DNA of 64,000 nucleotides from Deltaproteobacteria bacterium (GTDB taxonomy: Bacteria > Desulfobacterota > Desulfobacteria > Desulfobacterales > UBA2156). Positions 8,190 through 17,418 of this stretch are shown in pieces. Each line of letters starts with the position of its first letter. Position 1 is the stretch's first letter. The stretch spans positions 13,620-77,619 of the forward strand of contig JAFDGC010000001.1 in the NCBI GenBank assembly GCA_019309485.1, read 5' to 3'. The notes under the pieces are model-generated. The model searched no databases, was not told the origin of the DNA, and worked only from the letters and a program-made list of their open reading frames with translations. A program made the position numbers and the translations under genes.

Positions 8190-9950
8190 ATGCATCGAAA
8201 ACCGCTTCAAAAAAAATTCTGGGCCATCGTCCCGCCCTGGGTCTTCCTCGGGGCGGTGGCGGTGCTGTTTCCCATATTTGCCTTTTTGACCTTTGAAAAC
8301 ATCAACCGGGAAAAGGAGAGCAGTTCCCGCCTGCTCCTGGAAAAAGGGGCGGCTCTCATCCGGGCCTTTGAAGCCGGGACCCGTACCGGAATGATGGGGA
8401 TGCACTGGGACGGGTTCCAGTTGCAGCGGCTTTTGACCGAAACCGCCCAGCAACCCGACATCGCCTACCTGCTGGTCACCGACACCCAGGGAAACGTCCT
8501 GGCCCATGACGATCCTTCCCGGATCGGGGGAAAACACGGGGAGGAAATCGACCTGAAAGGTCTTTTCGAATCCGACACCGTCCAGTGGCGGGTGGTGGAC
8601 ACCGAAGCGAATCAAAGGGTTTTCGAGGTGGTGAGCCGGTTTGCCCCTTCCGGCCCCATGATGGGGCGGCGTCACGGCCGAATGATGTTCGAGCGATTGT
8701 TCGATTCCCTCATGGAAAAAAGGCCCGAAGGACGCCTGCCAGGACTCGTCATCTTCGTCGGGCTTGACATGGAGTCCGTGGAAGAGGCCGTGAAAGCCGA
8801 CACCCGGCATACGGTGATCATGGGGGTGATCCTTCTGTTCATCGGTTTCGCCGGAGTCATCCTCCTCTTTTTGGCCCAAAACTACCGGGCCGCCCAGACG
8901 TCCCTTTCCCGGATTAAGGCCTTTTCCGACACCGTGGTGGAAAACATGCCCATCGGCCTGCTCGCCACGGACGCCGCCGGAAAAATCGCCTCCCTGAACC
9001 CGGTGGGAGCCTCCCTTTTGGGCCTCCGGACAGCCGAATCAACGGGCCGGAATATTCGGGAGATCCTGCCCCGGGAACTGGCGGATCTGATGCGGGAATC
9101 GACATTCGAGATTCCGGTGGAAAAGGAGATCGACTGCACCCTCAAGACCGGGGATAGCATCCCCCTGGAGGCCATCGTTTCCGGCATGCAAGAATATGAC
9201 GGAAGCAAACTGGGGTACCTGGTCCTTTTCAAAGACCTCACTGAGGTCCGGGCCTTGAAAAAAGAGATCGCCCGGAGTCAACGGTTGGCCGCCGTGGGGC
9301 GCCTGGCCGCCGGCGTGGCCCATGAAATCCGGAATCCCTTGAGTTCCATCAAGGGGTTCGCCGTCTATTTCAAGGAACGCTATCGGGAAAACCCCGAAGA
9401 CCAGCAGATCTCCGGAATCATGATCCAGGAGGTGGACCGCCTCAACAAGGTGGTGGGGCAACTCCTCGATTTTGCGCGACCCGTGACCATCAAAAAGAAA
9501 GGGGTCATCCTCGAGTCCTTTATCGCGGATTCGATCAAGCTCGTGGAACGCCAGGCAAAGGAAAAGGGGATCGATATTACAGTCCAGGTACCGGCGGATA
9601 CGCAAGCCGTCATGGATCCGGAACGGATCTCCCAGGTGCTGTTGAACCTGTACCTGAACGCCCTGGAGGCCATGGATCCCGGGGGGCGCATCCTTGTCGC
9701 TGCCGTGAAGAAAAACGAATCCAGGGAAGTGGAAATCCGAATCCGGGATACGGGCGTGGGGATCTATCCGGAGGATCTTTCCCATATCTTCGATCCCTAT
9801 TTTACCACCAAACCCACGGGGACGGGCCTGGGACTGGCCATCGTGCACAATATCCTGGAAGCCCATGGGACCCCTATTCAGTTTGACAGCCGGCCGGGGA
9901 AAGGGACCACCGTAACCCTCGTGTTCGAGGCTGCCGACAGGAAAAGATGA
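8190..9950 (+). CDS. Sensor histidine kinase, ZraS/AtoS-like (2 TM, periplasmic domain, PAS, HisKA, HATPase)
   Basis: H-box AHEIRNPLSSIKGF, G-boxes DTGVGI and GTGLGLAI, and two TM segments bracketing a ~165-aa periplasmic region. Confidence 0.9.
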   Translation: MHRKPLQKKFWAIVPPWVFLGAVAVLFPIFAFLTFENINREKESSSRLLLEKGAALIRAFEAGTRTGMMGMHWDGFQLQRLLTETAQQPDIAYLLVTDTQGNVLAHDDPSRIGGKHGEEIDLKGLFESDTVQWRVVDTEANQRVFEVVSRFAPSGPMMGRRHGRMMFERLFDSLMEKRPEGRLPGLVIFVGLDMESVEEAVKADTRHTVIMGVILLFIGFAGVILLFLAQNYRAAQTSLSRIKAFSDTVVENMPIGLLATDAAGKIASLNPVGASLLGLRTAESTGRNIREILPRELADLMRESTFEIPVEKEIDCTLKTGDSIPLEAIVSGMQEYDGSKLGYLVLFKDLTEVRALKKEIARSQRLAAVGRLAAGVAHEIRNPLSSIKGFAVYFKERYRENPEDQQISGIMIQEVDRLNKVVGQLLDFARPVTIKKKGVILESFIADSIKLVERQAKEKGIDITVQVPADTQAVMDPERISQVLLNLYLNALEAMDPGGRILVAAVKKNESREVEIRIRDTGVGIYPEDLSHIFDPYFTTKPTGTGLGLAIVHNILEAHGTPIQFDSRPGKGTTVTLVFEAADRKR

Positions 9951-11374
9951 TGAAAATACCCAACACTGTTCTGGTGGTGGACGACGATGCGGCCCACCGC
10001 TCCATGCTGAAAGTCCTCCTTTCGGAATGGGGGTACGAAATCTTCGAGGCCGATGACGGATCCGGCGCCGTCGACGCCGTGGAGAAGCGGCCCTTTGACC
10101 TGGTCCTCATGGACATCCGGATGGTCAAGGTGTCCGGCATCGAGGCTCTGGATCGGATCAAGGCCTTCAACCCGGCCATCCCCGTGATCATCATGACCGC
10201 CTATTCTTCGGTGGAGACCGCGGTGTCGACCCTCAAAAAGGGCGCCTACGACTACCTGACTAAGCCCCTGGACTTCGATAAACTGAGACTCACCATGGAA
10301 CGGGCCATGGAACACACGCGGCTCAAGGAGGAAAACAGGCTCCTGAAAGAAAGCCTGGGTGCGCATTTCGACCGCCGGAACATCATCGGCCAGAGCAAAC
10401 CCGTGGTAAAGCTTTTGGAGACCGTGGCCCAGGTGGCCCCGTCGGAGGCCACGGTGTTGATCACCGGGGAATCGGGGACCGGCAAGGAACTCATCGCCGG
10501 CGCCATCCATTTCAACAGCCACCGGAAAAACGGGCCCTTTGTGAAGATCAACTGCGCCGCCATCACGGAAACGCTTTTGGAGTCGGAGCTTTTCGGCCAT
10601 GAAAAAGGGGCCTTCACGGGCGCCGACCGCCGCAAGGAAGGCCGGTTCGTCCAGTCCCACGGTGGAACGTTGTTTCTGGACGAGATCAGCGAAATGTCGC
10701 TGCCCATGCAGGTGAAGCTCTTGCGGGTCCTCCAGGAGCGGGAAGTCACCCGGGTGGGAGGGGACCAGGTCCTCCAGGTGGATGTCCGCATGATCACCGC
10801 CACCAACCAGAACCTGGAGGAATTAGTCAAAGAGGGAAAGTTCCGGGAGGATCTTTTTTACCGGCTCAACGTCATCAACCTGGATGTGCCGCCCCTCCGG
10901 CAACGGCGGCCGGACATTCCGCTTCTGGCCCAGCACTTCCTCGAAACCCTTTCGGCCAAGAATCAAAAGACCATCAAAGGATTCACGCCCGGCGCCATGG
11001 ATTGGCTCATACGCTACGACTGGCCGGGAAACGTCCGGGAACTCATGAACGCCGTGGAACGGGCCGTGGTCTTGTCGAAAAGCGAAATGATCGCCGAGAC
11101 GGATCTTTCCATGCTCCCGGAATCCCCTGTTCAAGAGGAATCGGAAAAATACAGCGCCCTTGACGGCCAAACCATGGCCAACTTGCCGCTTGACGAAGTG
11201 GAAAAGGTCACTATTTTGAACACACTGCAGGCCGCCGGCGGGAATAAAAGCGAGGCGGCCCGGCGGCTGGGCATTACCCGCAAGACCCTGCACAAGAAGT
11301 TGAAAGCGTACGGTGTGGAGCCCTCCCGCCCTGAAGGGCGGGGCTCCCCGGTAGGGAAATTACCTATTTTTTGA
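9947..11374 (+). CDS. Sigma-54-dependent response regulator (NtrC/ZraR family: REC, AAA+, Fis-type HTH)
   Basis: VLVVDDD...DLVLMDIRM receiver, GESGTGKE Walker A, GAFTGA sigma-54 contact motif and a C-terminal HTH. It overlaps the kinase stop by 4 nt. Confidence 0.93.
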   Translation: MMKIPNTVLVVDDDAAHRSMLKVLLSEWGYEIFEADDGSGAVDAVEKRPFDLVLMDIRMVKVSGIEALDRIKAFNPAIPVIIMTAYSSVETAVSTLKKGAYDYLTKPLDFDKLRLTMERAMEHTRLKEENRLLKESLGAHFDRRNIIGQSKPVVKLLETVAQVAPSEATVLITGESGTGKELIAGAIHFNSHRKNGPFVKINCAAITETLLESELFGHEKGAFTGADRRKEGRFVQSHGGTLFLDEISEMSLPMQVKLLRVLQEREVTRVGGDQVLQVDVRMITATNQNLEELVKEGKFREDLFYRLNVINLDVPPLRQRRPDIPLLAQHFLETLSAKNQKTIKGFTPGAMDWLIRYDWPGNVRELMNAVERAVVLSKSEMIAETDLSMLPESPVQEESEKYSALDGQTMANLPLDEVEKVTILNTLQAAGGNKSEAARRLGITRKTLHKKLKAYGVEPSRPEGRGSPVGKLPIF

Positions 11375-11430
11375 GAGCTTCCCTCGACCCCGCCTTAAAA
11401 GGCGGGGCTTGTGGGAAGCGTTCCGGTCAT
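11314..11430 (+). repeat. Two-hairpin composite repeat, full copy A (~117 bp)
   Basis: The sequence tgtggagccc..CCCGCCCtgaaGGGCGGG..aattacct..gagagCTTCCCtcgaCCCCGCCttaaaaGGCGGGGcttgtGGGAAGcgttccggtca is near-identical to 28071-28184 and to the reverse complement of 56720-56833. Confidence 0.9.
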
Positions 11431-11460
11431 GCCGTAAAACCCGTTTTGGAGAAAGCACTG

Positions 11461-11676
11461 ATGGCTGGAAAGGATGCATTCAAAATCCCCTGTTTGTCCT
11501 GCAAGGCCAAAAACCGGATTCCGCCCCAAAAGGAGGGGTTGCCCGCCAAACGCGGCCGCTGCGACATCATGAGCGTCCCCAATACGCTGGTTTTCGACAA
11601 CGGCCGTCTTGTGGAAAATCTCGTGGGGCAGATAGGCAAACACAACCTGATGATGAAAATGACCCGGTACCTGTAA
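11461..11676 (+). pseudogene. Thioredoxin-2 (TrxC-like) relic lacking the catalytic core
   Basis: 71 aa. The N-terminal zinc-ribbon-like CLSCKAKNRIP...RGRC joins directly to the Trx C-terminal strand/helix (VPNTLVFDNGRLVENLVG). No WCGPC motif is present. Confidence 0.5.
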
Positions 11677-11680
11677 ACCG

Positions 11681-12559
11681 ATGACCGGTCGAACCCCCAC
11701 CGGAAAAGAAGCGGCCTGCCGGGAGGCGGCCCGCCGGATTGTCCGGTACTTTGCCGAAGGCGTTCCCGTGACCGAAAAGATGCACCGCTACATGGAAAAC
11801 ACGTTCGCCGATCTATCGACACTGGAACGCATCCTTGCCGATTCGGAGCATGGGGAAAGGGCCTCCTTGGTCTCTTTGTTGTTTTCGCCGGATGAAGCCA
11901 TCCGTATTGAATTGGAACCGCTCCTGGAAAACACACCCCTGGATGAAGAAGAGGCACGCCGGATTCAAGACTTTGTGATGGAGATGCGGCCCCGGGCCCT
12001 TTTTGTCATTCCGGGAGGGTCTCCGGCCCTGGAGGTGACAGTCGATCCGGACGCGGCGGCGGCGTTCATCGAAAAGCTTCACGTCTCCCGGCGCCTGGAT
12101 CCCCGAGTGGTAAATGCCATCCACGCGGCGTTTCGTCATCGGGAAGGGGGTTCGGAAACTGAGTCCGACCACAAAAGAACCGTCCTTCGGATCAAAGCCA
12201 TGATCCGTCAGAGTCGAGCCGGTACCACCCGATTCGAAATCGACGCCCTGAGCCGGTTTTTTACGCGCTTTCCCATGGATGCCCCGGAAGCGTTTTCTTC
12301 GTTTTCTTTTTTTCTTGATTTTTTGGAAGCACCGGGGGATGAAGACGATCTTTACCAAAGCCTGCGCCGACGGCGGGATCTCTACCGGAAAGGACTGGAA
12401 AAAGGGGCGGCCGCGAACCGGCAGATGCATGAGAACAATCCGGAAACGCGGATGTTGTCGGGGCTTCGGCTCCCGTACGTGGACGCTTTCGATCTGATGC
12501 AAAAGATCGATATCCTCGACCGGATCTGCTTTTGGCTTTTCGAAACCCATGGGGAGTAA
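11681..12559 (+). CDS. Hypothetical protein (292 aa, acidic, no recognised domain)
   Basis: Long ORF in the same orientation as its neighbours. No family recognised. Confidence 0.55.
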   Translation: MTGRTPTGKEAACREAARRIVRYFAEGVPVTEKMHRYMENTFADLSTLERILADSEHGERASLVSLLFSPDEAIRIELEPLLENTPLDEEEARRIQDFVMEMRPRALFVIPGGSPALEVTVDPDAAAAFIEKLHVSRRLDPRVVNAIHAAFRHREGGSETESDHKRTVLRIKAMIRQSRAGTTRFEIDALSRFFTRFPMDAPEAFSSFSFFLDFLEAPGDEDDLYQSLRRRRDLYRKGLEKGAAANRQMHENNPETRMLSGLRLPYVDAFDLMQKIDILDRICFWLFETHGE

Positions 12560-13271
12560 GACGAAAATGGCGTTCTTTCTAAAGCGCATCCTCCCGGTAT
12601 GCCTGGCGATTTTTTTGGGGGTCGCCAGCGGCATTTGCGCCGAAGCAGTCTTGGACGGGACATCCGGCACCGCCGGGGACCCCGCCGCTCTCGAGGCCCT
12701 TCTTTCGGGAATCGAAACATGCTATGCCAATACCGCTTTTTCGGCCCGCTTCCATCAAACCTCCACCCTGGCGGCCATGGATATCACCGATACGGCGTCG
12801 GGGAAGATTTTCGTCAAGCCGCCGGACCGGATGCGCTGGGAGTACGACACCCCGGAAAAACAGATCATCGTCACCGACGGCAAGACCCTCTGGATTTACC
12901 GGCCCCTCGACAACCAGGTCATGCGGGGAAAAGCCCCGGCGTACCTGGGCGGGGGCCAGGGGGGGAGTTTTTTGTCCGACATCCGCACGCTGAAAAAGGA
13001 GTTCCAGGTCACCCTGGAATCCCACCAGCCCAATCTCCCGGCGGTGTTACGGCTTTCGCCCAAGGAACCCGTGCCCGAACTGGCGGCACTCCTGGTTTCG
13101 GTGGACCCGGAAACCTTTCACATCCTCCGCATCGTCACCCGAAACCCCTACAACGACGAAACCCGGATCACCTTGTCGGATTACCGGTTCGACCTGATCC
13201 TTGACGAGGATCTGTTTCAAATGAAAATTCCCGAATCCGCTGAGGTGTTCGAGCTGGAAGGAGAACGATAA
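12549..13271 (+). CDS. lolA: Outer-membrane lipoprotein carrier protein LolA family
   Basis: Signal peptide plus SGKIFVKPPDRMRWEYDTPEKQIIVTDGKTLWIYRP, typical of LolA. The start could instead be at 12567. Confidence 0.8.
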   Translation: MGSKTKMAFFLKRILPVCLAIFLGVASGICAEAVLDGTSGTAGDPAALEALLSGIETCYANTAFSARFHQTSTLAAMDITDTASGKIFVKPPDRMRWEYDTPEKQIIVTDGKTLWIYRPLDNQVMRGKAPAYLGGGQGGSFLSDIRTLKKEFQVTLESHQPNLPAVLRLSPKEPVPELAALLVSVDPETFHILRIVTRNPYNDETRITLSDYRFDLILDEDLFQMKIPESAEVFELEGER

Positions 13272-13274
13272 TCC

Positions 13275-14180
13275 ATGACCCGGGAACACGAAATGATCCG
13301 GCACCTGTTGGAAGAACGCCGGGGGATCCTCTTGGCCCATAATTACCAGCCCCCCGAAATCCAGGAGGCGGCCGATTTGTGCGGGGACTCCCTGGAGTTG
13401 AGCCGAAAAGCCGCGGCCACCGATGCGAAGGTGATCGTCTTTTGCGGCGTGCACTTCATGGCCGAAACCGCGTCCATCCTCTCTCCGGACAAAACCGTCC
13501 TTTTGCCGCGCGCCGATGCCGGGTGCCTGATGGCGGACATGATCACTGCCGAGGCCCTTCAAGAAAAGATCCGGTCCCTTCCGCCCATGCCCGTGGTCAC
13601 CTATGTCAACTCCACAGCCGACGTGAAAGCCCTTTCCACCATTTGCTGCACCTCGGCCAACGCCGTTCAGGTGGTGGAAAGCCTTGATGCCGACACGGTC
13701 CTGATGACGCCGGACCGGAACCTGGCCCAATACGCGGCCGGGCGCACCCAAAAGAAAATCCACTTCTGGGACGGCTTCTGTCCCACCCACGACGTGCTCA
13801 AGCCCGAAGACGTGGAAGAGGCAAAAAAGGCCCATCCGGACGCCGTCTTCATGGCCCATCCCGAGTGCCGACCCGAGGTATTGGCCTTGGCCGATGAAAT
13901 CCGCAGCACTTCCGGCATGCTGCGCTTTGCGCGGGAATCGCACCATAAGGCCTTCATCGTGGGAACCGAGACGGGGCTTTTGTATCCCCTTAGAAAGGAA
14001 AATCCGGGAAAAGCATTTTATCCGGCTTCGGAAAAGATGGTGTGCAATAACATGAAAAAGATCACGCTGGCGGATGTGATCCGGAGCTTGGAAAAGATGG
14101 AAAGGGAAATCAAAGTCCCCGAGGCCGTCCGGAAACCTGCCCTGAAGGCCGTGCAGCGGATGCTCGACCTCTCCGGCTGA
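13275..14180 (+). CDS. nadA: Quinolinate synthase
   Basis: [17 protein letters not shown]...[11 protein letters not shown] and the overall length (301 aa) match NadA. Confidence 0.9.
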   Translation: MTREHEMIRHLLEERRGILLAHNYQPPEIQEAADLCGDSLELSRKAAATDAKVIVFCGVHFMAETASILSPDKTVLLPRADAGCLMADMITAEALQEKIRSLPPMPVVTYVNSTADVKALSTICCTSANAVQVVESLDADTVLMTPDRNLAQYAAGRTQKKIHFWDGFCPTHDVLKPEDVEEAKKAHPDAVFMAHPECRPEVLALADEIRSTSGMLRFARESHHKAFIVGTETGLLYPLRKENPGKAFYPASEKMVCNNMKKITLADVIRSLEKMEREIKVPEAVRKPALKAVQRMLDLSG

Positions 14181-14607
14181 TTTTGCCGGCGGTCTGTTTT
14201 GCTCACAGAACCCTGCTCCCGCCCCGCTTTTAGAGACCTTTGCAAAACGCCCCTTTTTGCCCAATTTCTGCGTCAGGCTCAAATTTTAATCCTCTGCGTG
14301 TTTTGGTTTTTTTGATTCATCAAGACTGAGTCTAACTTAAAATTGGCACCCAAAGAGAGGATGTCAAGAAATCACCATCGAAGGCTTTTTAAACAAATTA
14401 TACAGCCCTTCATGTGATTTCCGATCCCCCGGTCCCCAAATGGGTTGCAATTTGGACTAAACGCGCAGGATACCGTTTCGATTCCATAGCAATGTGTTTC
14501 CTTTTTACGCATCACATCATTCATGAGCTGTAAAAAGCTTTCCGTTTTGCCTTCCGTTTAATGTATTTATTAATAATATCAATACTTTTTGTGCTTTTTT
14601 AGAAATG

Positions 14608-14623
14608 TGGCACGGCTTTTGCT
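14608..14623 (+). promoter_or_regulatory. Sigma-54 promoter candidate upstream of the YHS gene
   Basis: TGGCACGGCTTTTGCT is a near-perfect consensus with exact GG-N10-GC spacing. It lies 46 nt upstream of the ATG, in an AT-rich intergenic region. Confidence 0.7.
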
Positions 14624-14668
14624 GTTACATTGTGGTAGGCATTAAACCGAAACAAAAGGAGGAAGACC

Positions 14669-14950
14669 ATGCATTGTTGTGAAAACCATCAGGATCCCCA
14701 GAAATACGCGGTTTCCATCTGTCCCGTATGCGGGATGGAAGTGCATCGCCCCAACCCAAAACTTGCGACCCTTTACAAGGGTCAAAAATACGATTTCTGC
14801 GTGGAGGCTTGTTTGAACGAATTCAAACGGCATCCGGAACGCTGCCTGAAAGCAAAAAAAGGACTCGAACCTCGGAAAATAGGCCTATGGGGACGATACC
14901 TGGATCGGCTCAACAAGGCGACCGGCGGCAAAGCCATCAAATGCCATTGA
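14669..14950 (+). CDS. YHS/TRASH-domain metal-binding protein
   Basis: CPVCGMEV....YKGQKYDFCVEACLNEFKRHPE fits the YHS pattern. Strong AAGGAGG RBS. Confidence 0.8.
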   Translation: MHCCENHQDPQKYAVSICPVCGMEVHRPNPKLATLYKGQKYDFCVEACLNEFKRHPERCLKAKKGLEPRKIGLWGRYLDRLNKATGGKAIKCH

Positions 14951-15074
14951 TTAGAAGCTCTACCGGATTATTAGTGGGTGTTCACTTCGACGCCTTTTTC
15001 TGGATGCGTTTACGGTAAAAACAAAGGAGAAAAGCTGTCTGGTCATATATGTTTTCAACCTGCCGCCTGACATC

Positions 15075-15461
15075 TCAGAGGGAGGTGATCACATTTTTCA
15101 GTTTATTTCGTACCTGTTCGGCAATTGACCGGAGTTCCGGGTTTTCGATAGCCTGCATCGAGGCGAGAGGATCGACCGCGGACACTTCGATGCCTCCTTC
15201 TGGAAGCTCTCTGAGAATGACATTGCAAGGAAGCATGGTGCCTATGTGTGATTCAACCTGCAACGCCTGATAGGCAAAGTTCGGATTGCAAGCCCCGAGA
15301 ATTTTGTAAGGCGGGAAATCAACGCCCAGCTTCTTCTTCAGCGTTGCTTGCACATCGATTTTTGTCAGCACACCGAATCCTTCTTTTTCCAGTTGCCCAA
15401 CGACCCGCGTTTCGGTCTCGGCAAAGTCGGTATCCAGTTGTCGACTGAAATGATAATTCAT
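15075..15461 (-). CDS. DUF302 domain protein
   Basis: Start trimmed to MNYHFSR (GGGAGAAG RBS). EKEGFGVLTKIDVQATLKKKLGVDFPPYKILGACNP is typical of DUF302. Confidence 0.75.
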   Translation of the reverse strand: MNYHFSRQLDTDFAETETRVVGQLEKEGFGVLTKIDVQATLKKKLGVDFPPYKILGACNPNFAYQALQVESHIGTMLPCNVILRELPEGGIEVSAVDPLASMQAIENPELRSIAEQVRNKLKNVITSL

Positions 15462-15590
15462 GTTTTCTTCTCCCTTGTCGATTGTGGGTAGATGTTTAAA
15501 TCTCCATGCACGATTTTTCATGATGGCTCAAAAACAGCCTTATCGGCTCGTGGCGCTGTTCATGAGAATTCCACTGCCATGGACGGGTCA

Positions 15591-16289
15591 TCAGAAACGG
15601 ACCCGTAAGCCGGTCAGCCAGAACAGCTGCTTGGTATCCTCTCCATCGGCTTCTGCGATATTGTCGGTTTCGCCAACCAATGACTGGTAACGAACGCCGA
15701 TGTAGGGTGCAAACTCACGCTTGATCTCGTATCGCAAACGCAGGCCGAGCGCGACATCGGTCAATCCCGCGCCGAGGCGACGTTCGGCAACATCTTGAAA
15801 GGCAAAGTTAATTTCGCTTCACGGTTGAAGTACGAGGCGCTGGGTAATGTACAAATCATACTCGGTTTCGATTCCGAGGGTCACGTCACCATCTTCGGAG
15901 ATGTAGAGCGAATTATCCAATTCAAATTTGTAGGGGGCCAGACCCTGCAGAGCGATGACCCCGGACCAGCGGTCGTCGTAGTCATCCCGGTTCCATTCGT
16001 TGGCGTATTGCACGCCGACCTGAGCGTACCAAAACGGCGTGATCAAGCGGGAATAGAGCAGGTCGGTTTCCGTTTCGCCTTCATCCGTGCCCTCAAAGGC
16101 GGCCTCACCCTCGTTTTTCCACCAGAATCTGTTGAAATCGCCGCCGATCCAGCCCTGAATTTCCCAGGCGAGGTGACCGGCTGTGGCGTCGTCGGTGGCG
16201 ACACGATACTCCAGTTGATCCACCAAGGTAAAGGCGTAGAGCTTGTCATCGTGTATCGGCACCGGAAAGTCAGGCGGCGGCAAATCGGC
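15591..16289 (-). pseudogene. copB: Copper resistance protein B (CopB/PcoB) beta-barrel, N-terminally truncated, with an in-frame TGA
   Basis: LVDQLEYR..WEIQGWIGGDFNRFWWKNEGE..LQGLAPYKFELD..EYDLYITQRLVLQP-TGA(15819-15821)-SEINFAFQD..GLRLRYEIKREFAPYIGV..GLRVRF. The TGA sits where CopB homologues have Arg. No signal peptide or Met-rich N-terminus is present. Confidence 0.75.
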
Positions 16290-16346
16290 AAATTCGAAGA
16301 CCTCATCCAGGGTCATACCTGCAGGGATCCGCCGGATCCGCCGCTC

Positions 16347-16493
16347 CATTGCCGAGGCCCGTGCAAGTCCGATATGGGAAATGGCCTCGTCGATGGCGCC
16401 GTTGGCTTCGATGATCAGGTGGTGTTTTGGAACGCGCCCTCCCCGATACAGGCTGGTGGACCCGGCGTCCCCTTTGGCGGTGCTGATACCCAT
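16347..16493 (-). pseudogene. 5' fragment of a PduO-type ATP:cob(I)alamin adenosyltransferase fused in frame to the copB remnant
   Basis: MGISTAKGDAGSTSLYRGGRVPKHHLIIEANGAIDEAISHIGLARA matches the PduO-type N-terminus. The reading frame then runs into the CopB sequence. Confidence 0.6.
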
Positions 16494-16551
16494 TTCTCGT
16501 TTTCCCCGTCTCCGGCTCACCGCTTTCGGCGGCCGAAGTCTTCCGCTGCGG

Positions 16552-17295
16552 TTAAAAACCGCGGCTTTCCAGTTCCTTGCGTTGCTCCGGCGTCAGCATT
16601 GCCTTAAGGTCACGGAGGTATGTCACCCCTGCCATAAACATATCGGCCTTGGCTTCCGCATCCTGGACGAAGAGCGCCTTGATCCGGGCAAGGTCGGTTT
16701 CCTTGTCCCAGCGCAGGCTTGCCAGTTCGATTCGAACTTTCATCCGACGAGCCCACATGTCCGCCACCTTTTCGAGGTGTTCACGGGCCAGGGTCCGAAT
16801 CTTGTCCCACTGCTCCGGTGTCAAATCCAGGCCTTCCAGCATCCGGTTCATCTGCATCATACCATCGCCCCCGGCCTTAGGGCCCATCATGCCACCCATC
16901 ATTTGGCCCATTCGGCCCATCATCATGCCCATACCGCCGGGGCTGCCCATCATATGCGACATCATCATGCGCATCATGCCGCCGCTCATCATATCCGAAC
17001 CCATCATGCCTTGGCCGCCCATCATGCCGCTCATCATACCCCGGCCGCCCATCATGCCTTGGCCTTCGCCGACACCGGGGCTGCCCATCATACCCATCAT
17101 TCCCGGGCCGGAACCGGCCTGGGGTTTTGCCGTCATCCCGGCGGGAGACGGCTGGGGGGAACCGGCCTTTTTGTCACCCGCGGCCGGCGGGTTATGATGT
17201 TCTTCCACGGCCACAGCGGCCTGGACGCCGACAAAGCCGATGCCGCCGAGAAAAACGACGCCGATCACCAGAGATTTCATCCATTTGTGTTTCAT
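16552..17295 (-). CDS. Met/Gly-rich periplasmic protein with a Spy/CpxP/ZraP-like LTxxQ C-terminal domain
   Basis: Signal peptide, ~100 aa of GMMGG-type repeats, then LDLTPEQWDKIR and MLTPEQRKELE motifs. Confidence 0.8.
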   Translation of the reverse strand: MKHKWMKSLVIGVVFLGGIGFVGVQAAVAVEEHHNPPAAGDKKAGSPQPSPAGMTAKPQAGSGPGMMGMMGSPGVGEGQGMMGGRGMMSGMMGGQGMMGSDMMSGGMMRMMMSHMMGSPGGMGMMMGRMGQMMGGMMGPKAGGDGMMQMNRMLEGLDLTPEQWDKIRTLAREHLEKVADMWARRMKVRIELASLRWDKETDLARIKALFVQDAEAKADMFMAGVTYLRDLKAMLTPEQRKELESRGF

Positions 17296-17418
17296 TTCTT
17301 TCCTCCTTTTGCCGCAAGTTCACGCCTGTCACATACCCTCTGTCATTCTATCATATGTATATAATTGGCACTTAAACAATCAACACCCTCGACCGCCTTG
17401 GGATGTTTCCTGCTGCCG

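Noticed and set aside
13047-14282. 411-aa minus-strand ORF opposite lolA/nadA
   Set aside because: It is a shadow ORF of nadA. No recognisable domain, and its composition is biased.
14341-14360. TTGGCACCCAAAGAGAGG in the AT-rich gap as a sigma-54 promoter
   Set aside because: There is no GC dinucleotide at the required -12 position.
15819-15821. In-frame TGA in copB as a possible selenocysteine or programmed read-through codon
   Set aside because: The position aligns with a conserved Arg in CopB, not a redox Cys. I saw no SECIS-like hairpin immediately downstream. The gene also lacks its signal peptide, so a nonsense mutation in a pseudogene is the simpler reading.
17311-17328. Sigma-54-like site (minus strand caGGCGTGAACTTGCg) upstream of the 247-aa Met-rich protein
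   Set aside because: The spacing between GG and GC is 9 nt instead of the essentially invariant 10 nt, and the -24 flank is not TGGCAC-like. The gene is more likely read through from upstream or uses another promoter.
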